Made by a program: the position numbers and the translations under genes. Below the pieces are notes generated by a model that worked only from the letters and a program-made list of their open reading frames with translations, was not told the DNA's origin and searched no databases. A stretch of 64,000 nt of DNA from Candidatus Thorarchaeota archaeon. GTDB lineage: Archaea; Asgardarchaeota; Thorarchaeia; Thorarchaeales; Thorarchaeaceae. Location: positions 147,135-211,134 of the forward strand of contig JAGSHN010000025.1 in the NCBI GenBank assembly GCA_029855935.1, in the 5' to 3' direction. Positions 1-11,676 of this stretch are shown one piece after another; the first letter of the stretch is position 1, and every line of letters begins with the position of its first letter.

Positions 1-1340
1 TCGACGCTGACGGAAATGACGCCTGCAACGAACTCACGGAACTCATTCTGGTAGCCACTGGGAATATCAAGGTCACCCAACCCACTGTGTCATTCAGATG
101 GCATAGAGGCACCCCTGAGAAGATGAAGCGACTTGTGGTCGATGTCATCTCAAAGGGCCTTGGCATGCCCGGCCTCTTCAACGATGAGGTCATAATCCCG
201 ATGATGCTGAGGAAGGGGACCGACCCCGAAGAGGCCTGGAACTATGCGATACTGGGTTGCGTGGAGCCGATCATTGCTGGCAAGACCGATGCGCGCCCGG
301 ACATCGGCTACATCAACATCCCCAAGATCCTTGAGATCACACTGAACAATGGTCACGACCCAAAGACAGGCAGGCTGGTCGGTGTCGAGACAGGTGACCC
401 GAGAGAGTGGACCTCGTTCGAACAGCTATGGGACGCCTTCGTCCGGCAGATGGACCACGCTGTCGAGCTCCTGACACGCGCTGACAGAGTCGCCGCAGGA
501 CTTCACGCGGAGCTGAAGCCGACACCCTTCAGCTCAGCACTGATTGATGGATGCATTGAGTCAGGTAAGACGATGCAGGAGGGTGGTGCAGTCTACAACT
601 CAGGAGGAATAATGGGCGTCGGAATCGGCATCGCAACAGACTCACTCGAGATGGTCAGGAAGCATGTCTTTGAGAACCGTGATGTGAGTATGGACACGCT
701 TCTTGATGCACTGTCAAAGGACTACGAGGGTTATGAAGAACTGCAGGCGAGACTCCAGTCGGATCCCTCCAAATACGGCAATGACATAGAGCGGGTTGAT
801 TTCCTCGCTTGAGATGTGGGCAGGGCATTCTGTGAGGCTGTCCAGAGCCGGGAGACTACGCGCGGCGGACCGTATCACGGTGCGCTATTCTCAGTGTCCA
901 CGTACATCCCGCAGGGAGAGGTGGTCGGTGCGACGCCTGATGGACGACTCACCGGCTATATGCTGTCAGACGGTGTGTCGCCAACACAGAATCGCGACAC
1001 TCACGGCCCGACAGCCGCTACGAGATCAGTGGCACGTCTTGACCACGGACTGTACTTCGATGGCACACTGTACAACATGAAATTCACACCTGATATGTTC
1101 TCGACTCCAGCCAAGAGAGAGAAGTTCATCGGCCTGATAGATGGCTACTTCAGACTCGGTGGGCTACACGTCCAGTTCAACGTGGTCTCAAGAGAGGTAC
1201 TTGAGGATGCGAAGGTACATCCGGAGAGCCACCGTGATCTCATAGTCCGTGTTGCTGGCTACAGTGCATACTTCATCGAACTCGACCCGTTCGTACAGGA
1301 CAGGATCATCGCCCGGACGGAGTTCTCCTCCGCTAGATGA
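1..1340 (+). pseudogene. Glycyl-radical enzyme (PFL2/glycerol dehydratase-like family), 3' part, interrupted by one in-frame TGA at 810-812
   Basis: Frame is open from the window edge. ORFs 87..812 and 816..1340 share a frame (GCT TGA GAT GTG). Catalytic GCVEP motif lies before the stop; ATPDGR and the glycyl-radical RVAGYSAYF motif lie after it. Confidence 0.8.
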
Positions 1341-1416
1341 GAGAGACCAGCTCGACCTCTCCGTCCCGGGAGCGGACGCGCTACCCTATGCGAACTGCGT
1401 TACCTCTGCCCCAATG

Positions 1417-1424
1417 TTTTTAAG
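1417..1424 (+). promoter_or_regulatory. Putative TATA box for the thermosome gene
   Basis: TTTTTAAG, an AT-rich octamer in GC-rich intergenic DNA about 105 bp upstream of the ATG at 1529. Confidence 0.35.
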
Positions 1425-1528
1425 CACTTCAGAGGCGAGAAGTGCATGTACAGTTTTGTTGTAGACGACTGGAACTATGCCAATGTGAGAAGGCAGGTTC
1501 CAGAACAAGACTCAGATGGTGATAGAAA

Positions 1529-3187
<1,659 letters not shown>

Positions 3188-3227
3188 TAGGCCTAGTGCC
3201 CGAAACGCACAGTCGCACAGAATAGAG

Positions 3228-3259
3228 GGAGCCAATCGGCTCCTCCTAGTTCCTTTTTT
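3228..3259 (+). terminator. Hairpin plus T-tract terminator after the thermosome gene
   Basis: GGAGCC-AATC-GGCTCC stem-loop followed by TTTTTT at 3254-3259. Confidence 0.6.
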
Positions 3260-3276
3260 CCACGAGGCTGAGTACG

Positions 3277-4194
3277 TTGAGTCACAGAGTCCTAGTCTTA
3301 GGGATGAGCCCGTTCGACTCAGGCAAGACGGAGATGTCAATCCGCCTGGCCAAGTTCCTTCAACAGGAGGGCCATACGGTAGAGTATTTCAAGCCGGCCA
3401 GCGGTAGCAATTACTGGTACAAGTACGACCACATCAGGCACTGTGTCCGAACGGGTCACCTGATCTCCGTCGACGCCACACGTGCACGGAAGCAGCTGGG
3501 TTCGCATGTCTCACCGCTGATGACGAATCCTGTGCACTCGCTCTTTGTGCCGAGCAGACTGACGAGACCGATAAGACCATATCCCAATACCTTGGGACTT
3601 GCTGGTTGGGACTCGTTCCTCGTGCTTCAGCGGTTCAGCAGACCCGCGGGAGGCGTCGTCCAGTCTACAATGCTGGTCGCCGACGCGCTGATTGACAACT
3701 CGACTGTAATCATCCCCAGAGAAGAAGTGGATGCTCTTACGCAGTTTGCGAGAACGATATCCGTCAACTCTCTGGAGGAGGCGCAGGCGTACGAGAGAGA
3801 CCTCTACGAAGACTCTGTCACCGCATCGTTTGCAGTCGTTGAGAAACACGCCGACGTGGTCGTGATCGAGTCGTTCAACAACTCGGCCTGGCCGTGGGAC
3901 GGTCTTGATCAGGTGGATGTCGTGCTTGTCGTTGGACCGGGACAGGCCTTCACCTACGACCCGTGGAAGTTCCGGCGTGCTGTCGAGTTCACCAGACGTG
4001 GAAAGGAACCTATAGGGCAGGTCACCGTAGGTCGGGTTGTCGACCTTGTGAGTCCGCTGAGGAGGCTTGAGCTGAGGCCCGGCATCGGCCTTGGGGAGGA
4101 GGAGATTGGCATCCTAGTAGAGTGCATTGAGGAAAGAGTGATTAGCAAGAAATACGCAGAAATTGAGAGCAAGGCAGGGAGGATGACAACTTGA
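3277..4194 (+). CDS. Archaeal predicted P-loop ATPase/GTPase (COG4028-like, BioD/CobQ-type fold)
   Basis: VLVLGMSPFDSGKT Walker A, FKP motif, VVVIESFNN. Stop codon overlaps the trxB start (TTGA). Confidence 0.65.
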   Translation: MSHRVLVLGMSPFDSGKTEMSIRLAKFLQQEGHTVEYFKPASGSNYWYKYDHIRHCVRTGHLISVDATRARKQLGSHVSPLMTNPVHSLFVPSRLTRPIRPYPNTLGLAGWDSFLVLQRFSRPAGGVVQSTMLVADALIDNSTVIIPREEVDALTQFARTISVNSLEEAQAYERDLYEDSVTASFAVVEKHADVVVIESFNNSAWPWDGLDQVDVVLVVGPGQAFTYDPWKFRRAVEFTRRGKEPIGQVTVGRVVDLVSPLRRLELRPGIGLGEEEIGILVECIEERVISKKYAEIESKAGRMTT

Positions 4195-5126
4195 GCAACG
4201 ACGAAGAATGGGACCTGATTATCATCGGTGGCGGGCCCGGAGGAATGACAGCCGCAATCTACGGCGCGAGATACGGACTCAGGACACTGCTCCTGGAGGG
4301 AGGAGTCCTCGGAGGAGCACAGGCAACAAGTCCGGCAATTGAGAACTATCCGGGCTTTGTGTTCATCACGGGAATGGAACTCGCTGAGAAGATGAAGCAA
4401 CACGTCAAGAAGGCGGGAGCCACTATCAAGGAGATCACAGAGGTCAGCAGTGTCGAGAGAGACGACAATACGGGTAAGTTCATTGTGACCACGAGGCGTG
4501 GTGACTACGTGGCAAGAACCATCGTGTTCGCCACAGGCGGTGGTCACCGGAAGCTGGGTGTCCCTGGAGAGGAAGAGTTCACAGGCAGAGGCGTATCATA
4601 CTGCGCCACCTGCGACGGGCCGCTGTTCAGAGGAAAGACCGTCGCCATTGTGGGCGGCGGTAACAGCGCCGTGACAGAGGCGCTATACCTGGCAGAGGTC
4701 ACAGGCAAGACATATCTCATTCACCGCAGGGACGAGCTGCGTGCCGAGAAAGCACTGCAGAATCAGATTCTCAACAGCAGTGTGGAGATACTCTGGAGCA
4801 CAATCCTCAAGGAGATACGTGGCGACCAGCTTGTCACAGAACTCGTTCTCGAGAATGTGAAGACTGGCGAGCAGATGACTCTGAAGGTGGACGCCGTGTT
4901 CATCTCCATAGGCGTCGAGCCCAAGAGTGAGCTGGCAAAGGAGCTCGGTGTGGAGACAAACGAATACGGAGAGATACTCGTCGACAAGCAGCAGAGGACC
5001 AACATCCCAGGCGTCTTTGCAGCCGGAGACGTGACAGACGCTATGAAGCAGATTGTTGTCGCGGCTGCGGGCGGAGCGGTGGCAGCGGATTCCGCACACA
5101 AGTACATCATGCAGATGGAATCATAG
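4191..5126 (+). CDS. trxB: Thioredoxin-disulfide reductase
   Basis: GGGPGG FAD motif, GVSYCATCDG redox motif, GGGNSA NADPH motif, GVFAAGD. Confidence 0.95.
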   Translation: MSNDEEWDLIIIGGGPGGMTAAIYGARYGLRTLLLEGGVLGGAQATSPAIENYPGFVFITGMELAEKMKQHVKKAGATIKEITEVSSVERDDNTGKFIVTTRRGDYVARTIVFATGGGHRKLGVPGEEEFTGRGVSYCATCDGPLFRGKTVAIVGGGNSAVTEALYLAEVTGKTYLIHRRDELRAEKALQNQILNSSVEILWSTILKEIRGDQLVTELVLENVKTGEQMTLKVDAVFISIGVEPKSELAKELGVETNEYGEILVDKQQRTNIPGVFAAGDVTDAMKQIVVAAAGGAVAADSAHKYIMQMES

Positions 5127-5309
5127 GCCTGACAATTGCAGGAGGGGGTGGAGCTGACCCTCATGCCCCCTCCCACCTGTTGTCTTGATGATGTTCGACA
5201 CAGCACCCACGGTCTCTACTTCTTGGGAAACGTTAATAACTGCCCCATTGTCCGAGGCTGAATGCGCTGAGCATACTTCCTCAGCGACAGCTTGGATGAG
5301 ATGTCCTCC

Positions 5310-6530
5310 ATGACAAGAATGAAGGCTGCAGGACTACTACTTGCGATGATGTTCGTGTCCATGGCGCTTCTCACACCGCCTGTCTCAGCGAACCCCGCCA
5401 CTCGGCTGGAGTCTGTACACTCGTACCTCAACGACCATTACGACACCACCGAGGGAGGATACTCGCTGAAGGCCGAGAAACTCTCCCGTGCAGAGCCGAC
5501 GTTCTCAGCACTGTTTGCGCTCAACGAGTTCGGTGACATTGCGACGCGACCCCCATCGATCAACCTCACGAAGACAAAGGAGTTCATCAATCACCTGCAG
5601 TGGACGAGAATCAAGGAGAAGGAGGACAAGTACGGAGGGTTCTCAAGTGCAATCGCAGTCACGCCCTCTGTGATGTCAACATACTATGCTCTGAGGGCTT
5701 GGCAGATACTGAGCCTGCACAACGACTACATCGGAATGACAGAAGTCGAGATCAACGAGACAGCTGCGTTGGTCTACCTGAATCGCACCTTCACGGACGA
5801 GGGATCCTTTGCCTCGAACGTCGGCGAACAGGGCAGCCTCTTGACAACCTATATGGCAGTGTATTCTATTGACTACCTCGCCAGGCTGATTGAGGAGGAG
5901 GATGGCACTCCCTATCAGAAGACGATGGACAAGTGGCTCAACGAGTCCGCCGTTGTCGACTATGTCCTCAGTTGTCAGAGCGGGGACGCCTTCAAGCCGA
6001 CGCCTGATGCAAGTGTCCCAGGGGTCACGCCCACTGCGGCCGCACTGCTGACTCTCGACATCCTCGACAGACTGAATGCCGTAGGAGATCTCCAGGGCGT
6101 TCGTGACTGGCTGCTCGCACGACAGGTGGTCACCCCCACTGCAGGCGAGTACGTCGGCGGGTTCACTGAGGGATATCTCACTAACGACACCAACCTGATG
6201 AGCACGTACTACGCACTCAAGGCACTTGATGTCCTGAATGCCATTACCAACTACGTGAACGTGAGCCTCGTCGAGGACTTCGTCATCAGTTGCCAGGCTG
6301 CAGACGGCGCGTGGGCACTGAGTCCAGACAGTCCCGAGGGCGAGACCACATACATCGGGATTGCAATTGAGGCACTGACACTGCTTCCTGACGTCAACGT
6401 GGTGACAGCGCTGAGCGTGGAGGATCCGAATAACCGCTCGCCGCCAGCGATAGACTGGCGTTGGATTGCTGTAGCGGTCCCGCTGGTGCTGGCACTCGTA
6501 GCCGGGCTTGTTGCCCTGAGGCTTGACTAG
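5310..6530 (+). CDS. Secreted, C-terminally anchored prenyltransferase/squalene-oxidase repeat (alpha/alpha toroid) protein
   Basis: N-terminal signal peptide; about 6 repeats of GGF/GSF/GAW...S/TTYYAL; QxxDG motif; C-terminal hydrophobic helix. Confidence 0.7.
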   Translation: MTRMKAAGLLLAMMFVSMALLTPPVSANPATRLESVHSYLNDHYDTTEGGYSLKAEKLSRAEPTFSALFALNEFGDIATRPPSINLTKTKEFINHLQWTRIKEKEDKYGGFSSAIAVTPSVMSTYYALRAWQILSLHNDYIGMTEVEINETAALVYLNRTFTDEGSFASNVGEQGSLLTTYMAVYSIDYLARLIEEEDGTPYQKTMDKWLNESAVVDYVLSCQSGDAFKPTPDASVPGVTPTAAALLTLDILDRLNAVGDLQGVRDWLLARQVVTPTAGEYVGGFTEGYLTNDTNLMSTYYALKALDVLNAITNYVNVSLVEDFVISCQAADGAWALSPDSPEGETTYIGIAIEALTLLPDVNVVTALSVEDPNNRSPPAIDWRWIAVAVPLVLALVAGLVALRLD

Positions 6531-6621
6531 CCAAGATTCTTAAGAATCCCTGCAGGGACGTACACATGAGCGGCCCAGCCAGTGCAGTGAGAGGCGGCCG
6601 CTTCACGAGGTGCCTCCGCCA

Positions 6622-8100
6622 ATGAGCAGGGTCGAGCTGAACGGGTCAAGATACGTCCGGGGGTTCGAGTGGTTCCTCCACCTAGCAGAACACCATCTGA
6701 CAAGACGTAGATGGAGAAGGCTCGGATTCCTCTCGTTCTACGATGCGCCCTACATAGATAGCGATGCACTCTATCTTTCGCCGAAGCAGACAATGCTTGT
6801 GATGGCCAAGCTGGCCAAGAAAAGTGACAACGCCCTGATCATAGTGGCGGACGCACTTGAGAAGGGCGAGATGGGTCTGAGCAGCAGAGAGGGCTTCGAC
6901 CAGTTTATGTCGATCTTTGACCGTGTCTTCCCGAATGCTGCAAAGTACTATTTCGGACCGAAGACATCGGACCGCGCCTGGCTTCACGAGGCGCGACCAT
7001 TGAAGATTCCGCTGAAATGGCTCGTGGAGCATCCGAACGTATTGGCTGAGGTCCTCTCTGACGCGTCACCCGTTGGTGAGATTATCGGACCGGGCGATGC
7101 TGCCTTCGAGGACCTGGAGGGGATGAGAGAGGTTCTCATCGAGAAGCTCGGACCGCCCTCGCTCACAGAAGAGGTACTGGGCAAGATCAGAACCGCTGAG
7201 GCGAGCGAGTACGCGGGAGAGGCTGTGGGACTGATGACCGTATTCATCAGCCCCGCCACCGCTGTATCCCGCGGGATGAAGTACCTCGGCAAGTTCGTCA
7301 GCATGGTCAAGGAGCGACGACGGCAAGAGGTCAGAGAGATCTACGAGGAGTGGCAGCAACGAGTCGAGAACGGATACTCTGTCGACAACCTCCGCAGATT
7401 CCTCGATGAGGACCCCAACGCGAGACTTGATGTCGTCGACCATGTCAAGAATCGCGGGACCGTGCTCATTATCACAGAGACTCGAGACACTCTCTACGAC
7501 CTCTTCCTGCCGCTACTTCTGAGACGTCTTGTAGAGGAGATCGGCTATGTGCCTCCGCACCTGCGACCAAGACGCGAACCGTCATCAGAGGGGGCAGGGG
7601 ATAGCGAGAGCGGAGCGACTGGCCAGACCTCAGAGGACGATGGCGGGGGTATGCAGAAGGAACCGTTTGAGGGAAAGCCCGAAACTGTGCTCTTCCTCGA
7701 TGCGGCGACTCATCTCTCCAAGTTCACGAGGTCGTTCGAGTTCGCCGTCGGAATCCCCGACAGAATGCCCAATGTGTCCGTTGCAGCATCGTTCTTCACA
7801 AATCAGCAGCAGGTGACGGAGTCACTAGAGAAAGGAGTCATCGAGTATATGAGAAACTGGGCATTCGTGTTCGACCTACATCCCCAACTCTTTGACATAG
7901 TCACGAGCAATCTGCCAATCTCGAAGAAGGCGTGGCTGATGCTGCAGCTTCAAGAGCTTGAGCGTGTCAGGTCGGAGGGCGGTGTCGGTTTCCTTGAGTA
8001 CTACGCTGACTCAGAGATGCCGTGGCACCTGCACGTGGTGGAGAAGCCGGAGAAGGGCCTCCTTGGTGATGTCAGGGCATGGTTCCGCAAGATCCGCTGA
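6622..8100 (+). CDS. Hypothetical protein, degenerate HerA/FtsK-like P-loop fold
   Basis: GAGGTG RBS before ATG 6622. IIVADxxxKGE and TVLFLDAATHL resemble HerA motifs; no Walker A. Confidence 0.45.
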   Translation: MSRVELNGSRYVRGFEWFLHLAEHHLTRRRWRRLGFLSFYDAPYIDSDALYLSPKQTMLVMAKLAKKSDNALIIVADALEKGEMGLSSREGFDQFMSIFDRVFPNAAKYYFGPKTSDRAWLHEARPLKIPLKWLVEHPNVLAEVLSDASPVGEIIGPGDAAFEDLEGMREVLIEKLGPPSLTEEVLGKIRTAEASEYAGEAVGLMTVFISPATAVSRGMKYLGKFVSMVKERRRQEVREIYEEWQQRVENGYSVDNLRRFLDEDPNARLDVVDHVKNRGTVLIITETRDTLYDLFLPLLLRRLVEEIGYVPPHLRPRREPSSEGAGDSESGATGQTSEDDGGGMQKEPFEGKPETVLFLDAATHLSKFTRSFEFAVGIPDRMPNVSVAASFFTNQQQVTESLEKGVIEYMRNWAFVFDLHPQLFDIVTSNLPISKKAWLMLQLQELERVRSEGGVGFLEYYADSEMPWHLHVVEKPEKGLLGDVRAWFRKIR

Positions 8101-8319
8101 GGGCGCAACAAGACCACTTCCAGTCTGTCAGCGATTCGCCCTCTCTGCCACTCTGAGAACCGACACTGGGGAGAACATAGGAGGCACCTGCAGGGGCAAT
8201 CTTGCCTTGCGCGTGGGGAGTAGTAGTTTCTGGCAGAACTGGCGCTGCAGGCTCCATCCCACAAGAAATATAATCGGGGCCTGACAAAAAGCGTGATTGT
8301 CAATCTGGAGGCAAGAGAA

Positions 8320-8736
8320 GTGTCGAACACTGACCTGACACAGGCGCGCGTGATGAGAGTCGAGGCGGGGAATGTAGTAACGCTGCCGCCAGAGTTTGTG
8401 GAGGGTATAAAGAAGGAGTATAGTCTTGTCATCCTAGTGAAGAAGGACGGCAACGTCAAGATCTACCCTGTCGAGGGGAAGGAGGTTCTCTATCTGAAGC
8501 TTGACATAGAAAAGCTCAGCAAGAGCTTTCTTGAAGAGCTGACAGGGGTGTTCGCCGACGCCGGCCTAGAGGACATACTCTTCACAAGCGGCATCTGTCA
8601 GACCAAGAGCCAGTGCTACTATGAGTGCTATTTCACGCCCCAGCAGCTCACAGTGGACAGGGAGAACCTGAGGGACCAGCTGGAGAAGATATCAGGGGTA
8701 CAGAAGGTCGTTCTGGAGCCGGTACCGACATCGTGA
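8320..8736 (+). CDS. Small protein with an AbrB-like N-terminus and an ACT-like C-terminal domain
   Basis: GGAGG RBS plus GTG; RVEAGNVVTLPPEF swapped-hairpin pattern; ACT-type ending LEKISGVQKV. Confidence 0.5.
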   Translation: MSNTDLTQARVMRVEAGNVVTLPPEFVEGIKKEYSLVILVKKDGNVKIYPVEGKEVLYLKLDIEKLSKSFLEELTGVFADAGLEDILFTSGICQTKSQCYYECYFTPQQLTVDRENLRDQLEKISGVQKVVLEPVPTS

Positions 8737-8923
8737 CACAACGGACGAGTGCGATCAGGCCTGTGATAGCAGACAGGCTCTGTTGTCCAATCTTCTCCCT
8801 TGCATTCCTTGTGGAACCATCCGGAGGCCGAGGCCCCCGGCGTTGGCGCCGAGGGAACTGAGAGGAAAACATGACCGACAAGACCAAGAGGACCCTATCT
8901 TCACACATCACTTGTGAACCGTC

Positions 8924-10378
8924 GTGACAGGTATGAGCATCGTCGTTGGTCGCGGTGATGAGGCTGTCGTAGAGGATACTGCCAGATACGTGGCCCGGAG
9001 GCTCACCCGACGCGGCACACCAGAGATCTCGTTCTACACGAGGGAGGGGCTACAGGTGGCTGTCGTCATTCACCGACACGAACGCCGTGGCTATCTCTCG
9101 CCGCTACTCGGCCCATGGGTCTTCGACGACAGCGACGACCGCCTCTCGGTCACGATGCGCTGGCCTCTGCCTGATGAGGATGCAACAAGGACCAACCTGT
9201 GTCACCAGATTGAGAATGGTCGACTCACGAGCGCTCGTGGGAACCTGTTCATGTGGCGCGTCCACTATGGTCTGACCAGTGACGTTGTCGTCGTGACCCA
9301 CGACCCCTTTGCACTGGAGAACGTAACCGACGACGTGCACCGGCTTGAACCGGGGGAACGACTCGTACTCGATGACGGAATAATCGGTGTACAGGAAGTA
9401 CAGCCGCTCCAGAAACCAGCCCATCCGAGATTCGACTCCGAGCAGAATGCTGTGGCGCTCCTCGCCGCAGTGCTCCCGAGATGCCTCTCGCCGTTCTACG
9501 GAGTCGACGTGGGTGTCCTCTTCTCTGGCGGCGTTGACAGTAGCCTGATTGCACTGCTCCGTTCCCACTCGAACGCCCGCACAATCCTCTTCGCTGTCAT
9601 CGGTCCCGATTCGCGAGATGTGGATGCGTCGCAGCGCGCAGCTGAGAAACTCAATCTCAATCTTGTCACGGTCCCAATCGATCATCACATCGTCTGGGAG
9701 ATGTTGCCGGAGCTGATCTACGCAACAGGCACCACCAGCCAGATGGACATCGCGATATCGATTCCAATGTACGCAGCTGCAAGAGAGGCCGTGAAACGCG
9801 GATTTGTCACGCTGCTGTCAGGACAGGGGCCGGATGAGCTGTTTGGAGGCTATGCCCATCACGTCAAGATTCTCAGGGAGAGAGGGCCCGAGGCACTCGA
9901 CGAGACGCTCTGGTCGCAGGTCTCCACGACCCACAGAAACAACCTTGAGAGAGACGAAGCTGTCGTCGCGTGGGCTGGGGGCGAGTTGTGGTTTCCCTAC
10001 GTCGCCCCAGAAGTCGTCGACCTCGCACTCTCAATCCCACCCTTGTGGAAAGTGGACCCGGGCGGCAAGCCCGAGAGGAAGGTCATCTTCCGCAGAGCGG
10101 CTGTGGCACTAGGCCTAGATAGAGAGATTGCAGAGGCGCCCAAGAGTGCCGCACAGTTCAGCTCGGGATCGGACAGGCTGCTCATTGAGGCCGTACGGCA
10201 TCACTGCAGGAGTGGAGAGAATCTTAGTCTACGCCGGGCCCGAAGACATGTACAGGACGTGCTCGACGACATAGCCAGATACTTGCACAGCGGTGGCGTG
10301 GAGGGCGGGGAACCGGGGTTTGATACATCTGCCGCCGACAGACTACTTGCAGAACTGGACAGAATGCGCGGAGCGTAG
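8924..10378 (+). CDS. asnB: Asparagine synthetase B-like protein with a reduced glutaminase domain
   Basis: FSGGVDSS, LSGQGPDELFGGY, PY and K-x-x-x-R motifs of the synthetase domain. Confidence 0.8.
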   Translation: MTGMSIVVGRGDEAVVEDTARYVARRLTRRGTPEISFYTREGLQVAVVIHRHERRGYLSPLLGPWVFDDSDDRLSVTMRWPLPDEDATRTNLCHQIENGRLTSARGNLFMWRVHYGLTSDVVVVTHDPFALENVTDDVHRLEPGERLVLDDGIIGVQEVQPLQKPAHPRFDSEQNAVALLAAVLPRCLSPFYGVDVGVLFSGGVDSSLIALLRSHSNARTILFAVIGPDSRDVDASQRAAEKLNLNLVTVPIDHHIVWEMLPELIYATGTTSQMDIAISIPMYAAAREAVKRGFVTLLSGQGPDELFGGYAHHVKILRERGPEALDETLWSQVSTTHRNNLERDEAVVAWAGGELWFPYVAPEVVDLALSIPPLWKVDPGGKPERKVIFRRAAVALGLDREIAEAPKSAAQFSSGSDRLLIEAVRHHCRSGENLSLRRARRHVQDVLDDIARYLHSGGVEGGEPGFDTSAADRLLAELDRMRGA

Positions 10379-10526
10379 ACTTGCTAGACAGTTGCCGAAT
10401 TGCGCTTCAACTCTACGCGGTGGACATGTAGCTAGAGATAAGTAGGATGGTAGTGCCTTGGAACTCGTCATTGAACGATGTTGGCCCACCCCTTTCGGTG
10501 AGAGCCGTTTGGGCCCCAGAGTCGGA

Positions 10527-10542
10527 CGAAAACCTTTATGAA
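10527..10542 (+). promoter_or_regulatory. BRE-TATA promoter for the HMG-CoA synthase operon
   Basis: CGAAAA-CC-TTTATGAA about 75 bp upstream of ATG 10618. Confidence 0.5.
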
Positions 10543-10617
10543 CGCCTCCGGGGCCACAGGTGAGCCAAATGTCGTAAGACAGTTCGGCGTTTAACGAACA
10601 CAAGGGGTTGAAATCTG

Positions 10618-11661
10618 ATGGTTGGAATCATCGGCTACGGAGTGTACATACCAAGATACCGCATCAAGACCGAGGACATCGCAGCGGTCTGGGGCGAGGA
10701 TGGTCCAAAACTCGCCAAGGGTCTTGGTGTGTATGAGAAGTCAGTGCCGGGTCCCGATGAGGACGTCGCCACAATTGCGACCGAGGCGGCACGAAACGCT
10801 GTGAAATACGCACGGATCGACCCAAAGGACATCGGCGCGATATATGTCGGTTCCGAGTCCCATCCATACGCCGTGAAGCCCACAGGAACGATAGTCCTTG
10901 AGGCTATCGATGGGAGCCACGAGAGCACATGTGCGGACTACGAGTTCGCCTGCAAGGCAGGCACGGCCGCGATACAGACGTGTATGGGCCTTGTCCAGTC
11001 CAAGATGATAAAGTATGGACTGGCAATTGGCGCTGACACCGCGCAGGGCAGACCTGGTGATGCACTGGAGTACTCGGCTGCAGCCGGAGGGGCGGCCTAC
11101 ATCATTGGAGAGGACAACCCCGTCGCAACCATTGAGACCACCGTGTCCTTTACCACGGACACGCCCGACTTCTGGCGCAGGGAGGGAGAGGACTTCCCAT
11201 CGCACGGTGCACGCTTCACTGGAGAACCAGCCTACTTTAGGCACATCGGCTCTGCAGCACGACTGCTGCTGGAGAAGACGAACACGACCATTGAGGACTA
11301 CGACTATTTTGTCTTTCACATGCCAAACGGCAAGTTCCCGGTCAATATGGGACGGCAGCTCGGCGTACCGAAGGAGAAGTTGCAGGAAAGTCTTGTTGTG
11401 AGAAAGATTGGAAATACCTACTCCGGGTCGGCAATGATTGGGCTGGCCCGAATCCTTGACATCGCGGAGCCCGGCTCCAAGATATTCGCGGTGTCGTACG
11501 GCTCGGGCGCTGGTAGCGATGCCTTTGTGATTCGTGTTGAGAAGGAGATAGAGAAACACCGCGGAGAGGTGCCGACAGTGGACGACTACATCGAGAGGAA
11601 AAAGTACGTCGACTACGCCACCTACGCCAAGTACAGGCGTAAGATCAAGGCGCTTGCTTAG
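10618..11661 (+). CDS. Hydroxymethylglutaryl-CoA synthase, archaeal type
   Basis: [19 protein letters not shown] catalytic Cys, [15 protein letters not shown]. Confidence 0.96.
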   Translation: MVGIIGYGVYIPRYRIKTEDIAAVWGEDGPKLAKGLGVYEKSVPGPDEDVATIATEAARNAVKYARIDPKDIGAIYVGSESHPYAVKPTGTIVLEAIDGSHESTCADYEFACKAGTAAIQTCMGLVQSKMIKYGLAIGADTAQGRPGDALEYSAAAGGAAYIIGEDNPVATIETTVSFTTDTPDFWRREGEDFPSHGARFTGEPAYFRHIGSAARLLLEKTNTTIEDYDYFVFHMPNGKFPVNMGRQLGVPKEKLQESLVVRKIGNTYSGSAMIGLARILDIAEPGSKIFAVSYGSGAGSDAFVIRVEKEIEKHRGEVPTVDDYIERKKYVDYATYAKYRRKIKALA

Positions 11662-11676
11662 GGAGGGAAGAGACGA

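Noticed and set aside
1341-1400. SECIS element for the TGA in the glycyl-radical gene
   Set aside because: ATGA and small hairpins are present, but there is no properly spaced apical AA/GA core or GAA_A motif, and the TGA is not at a Cys position.
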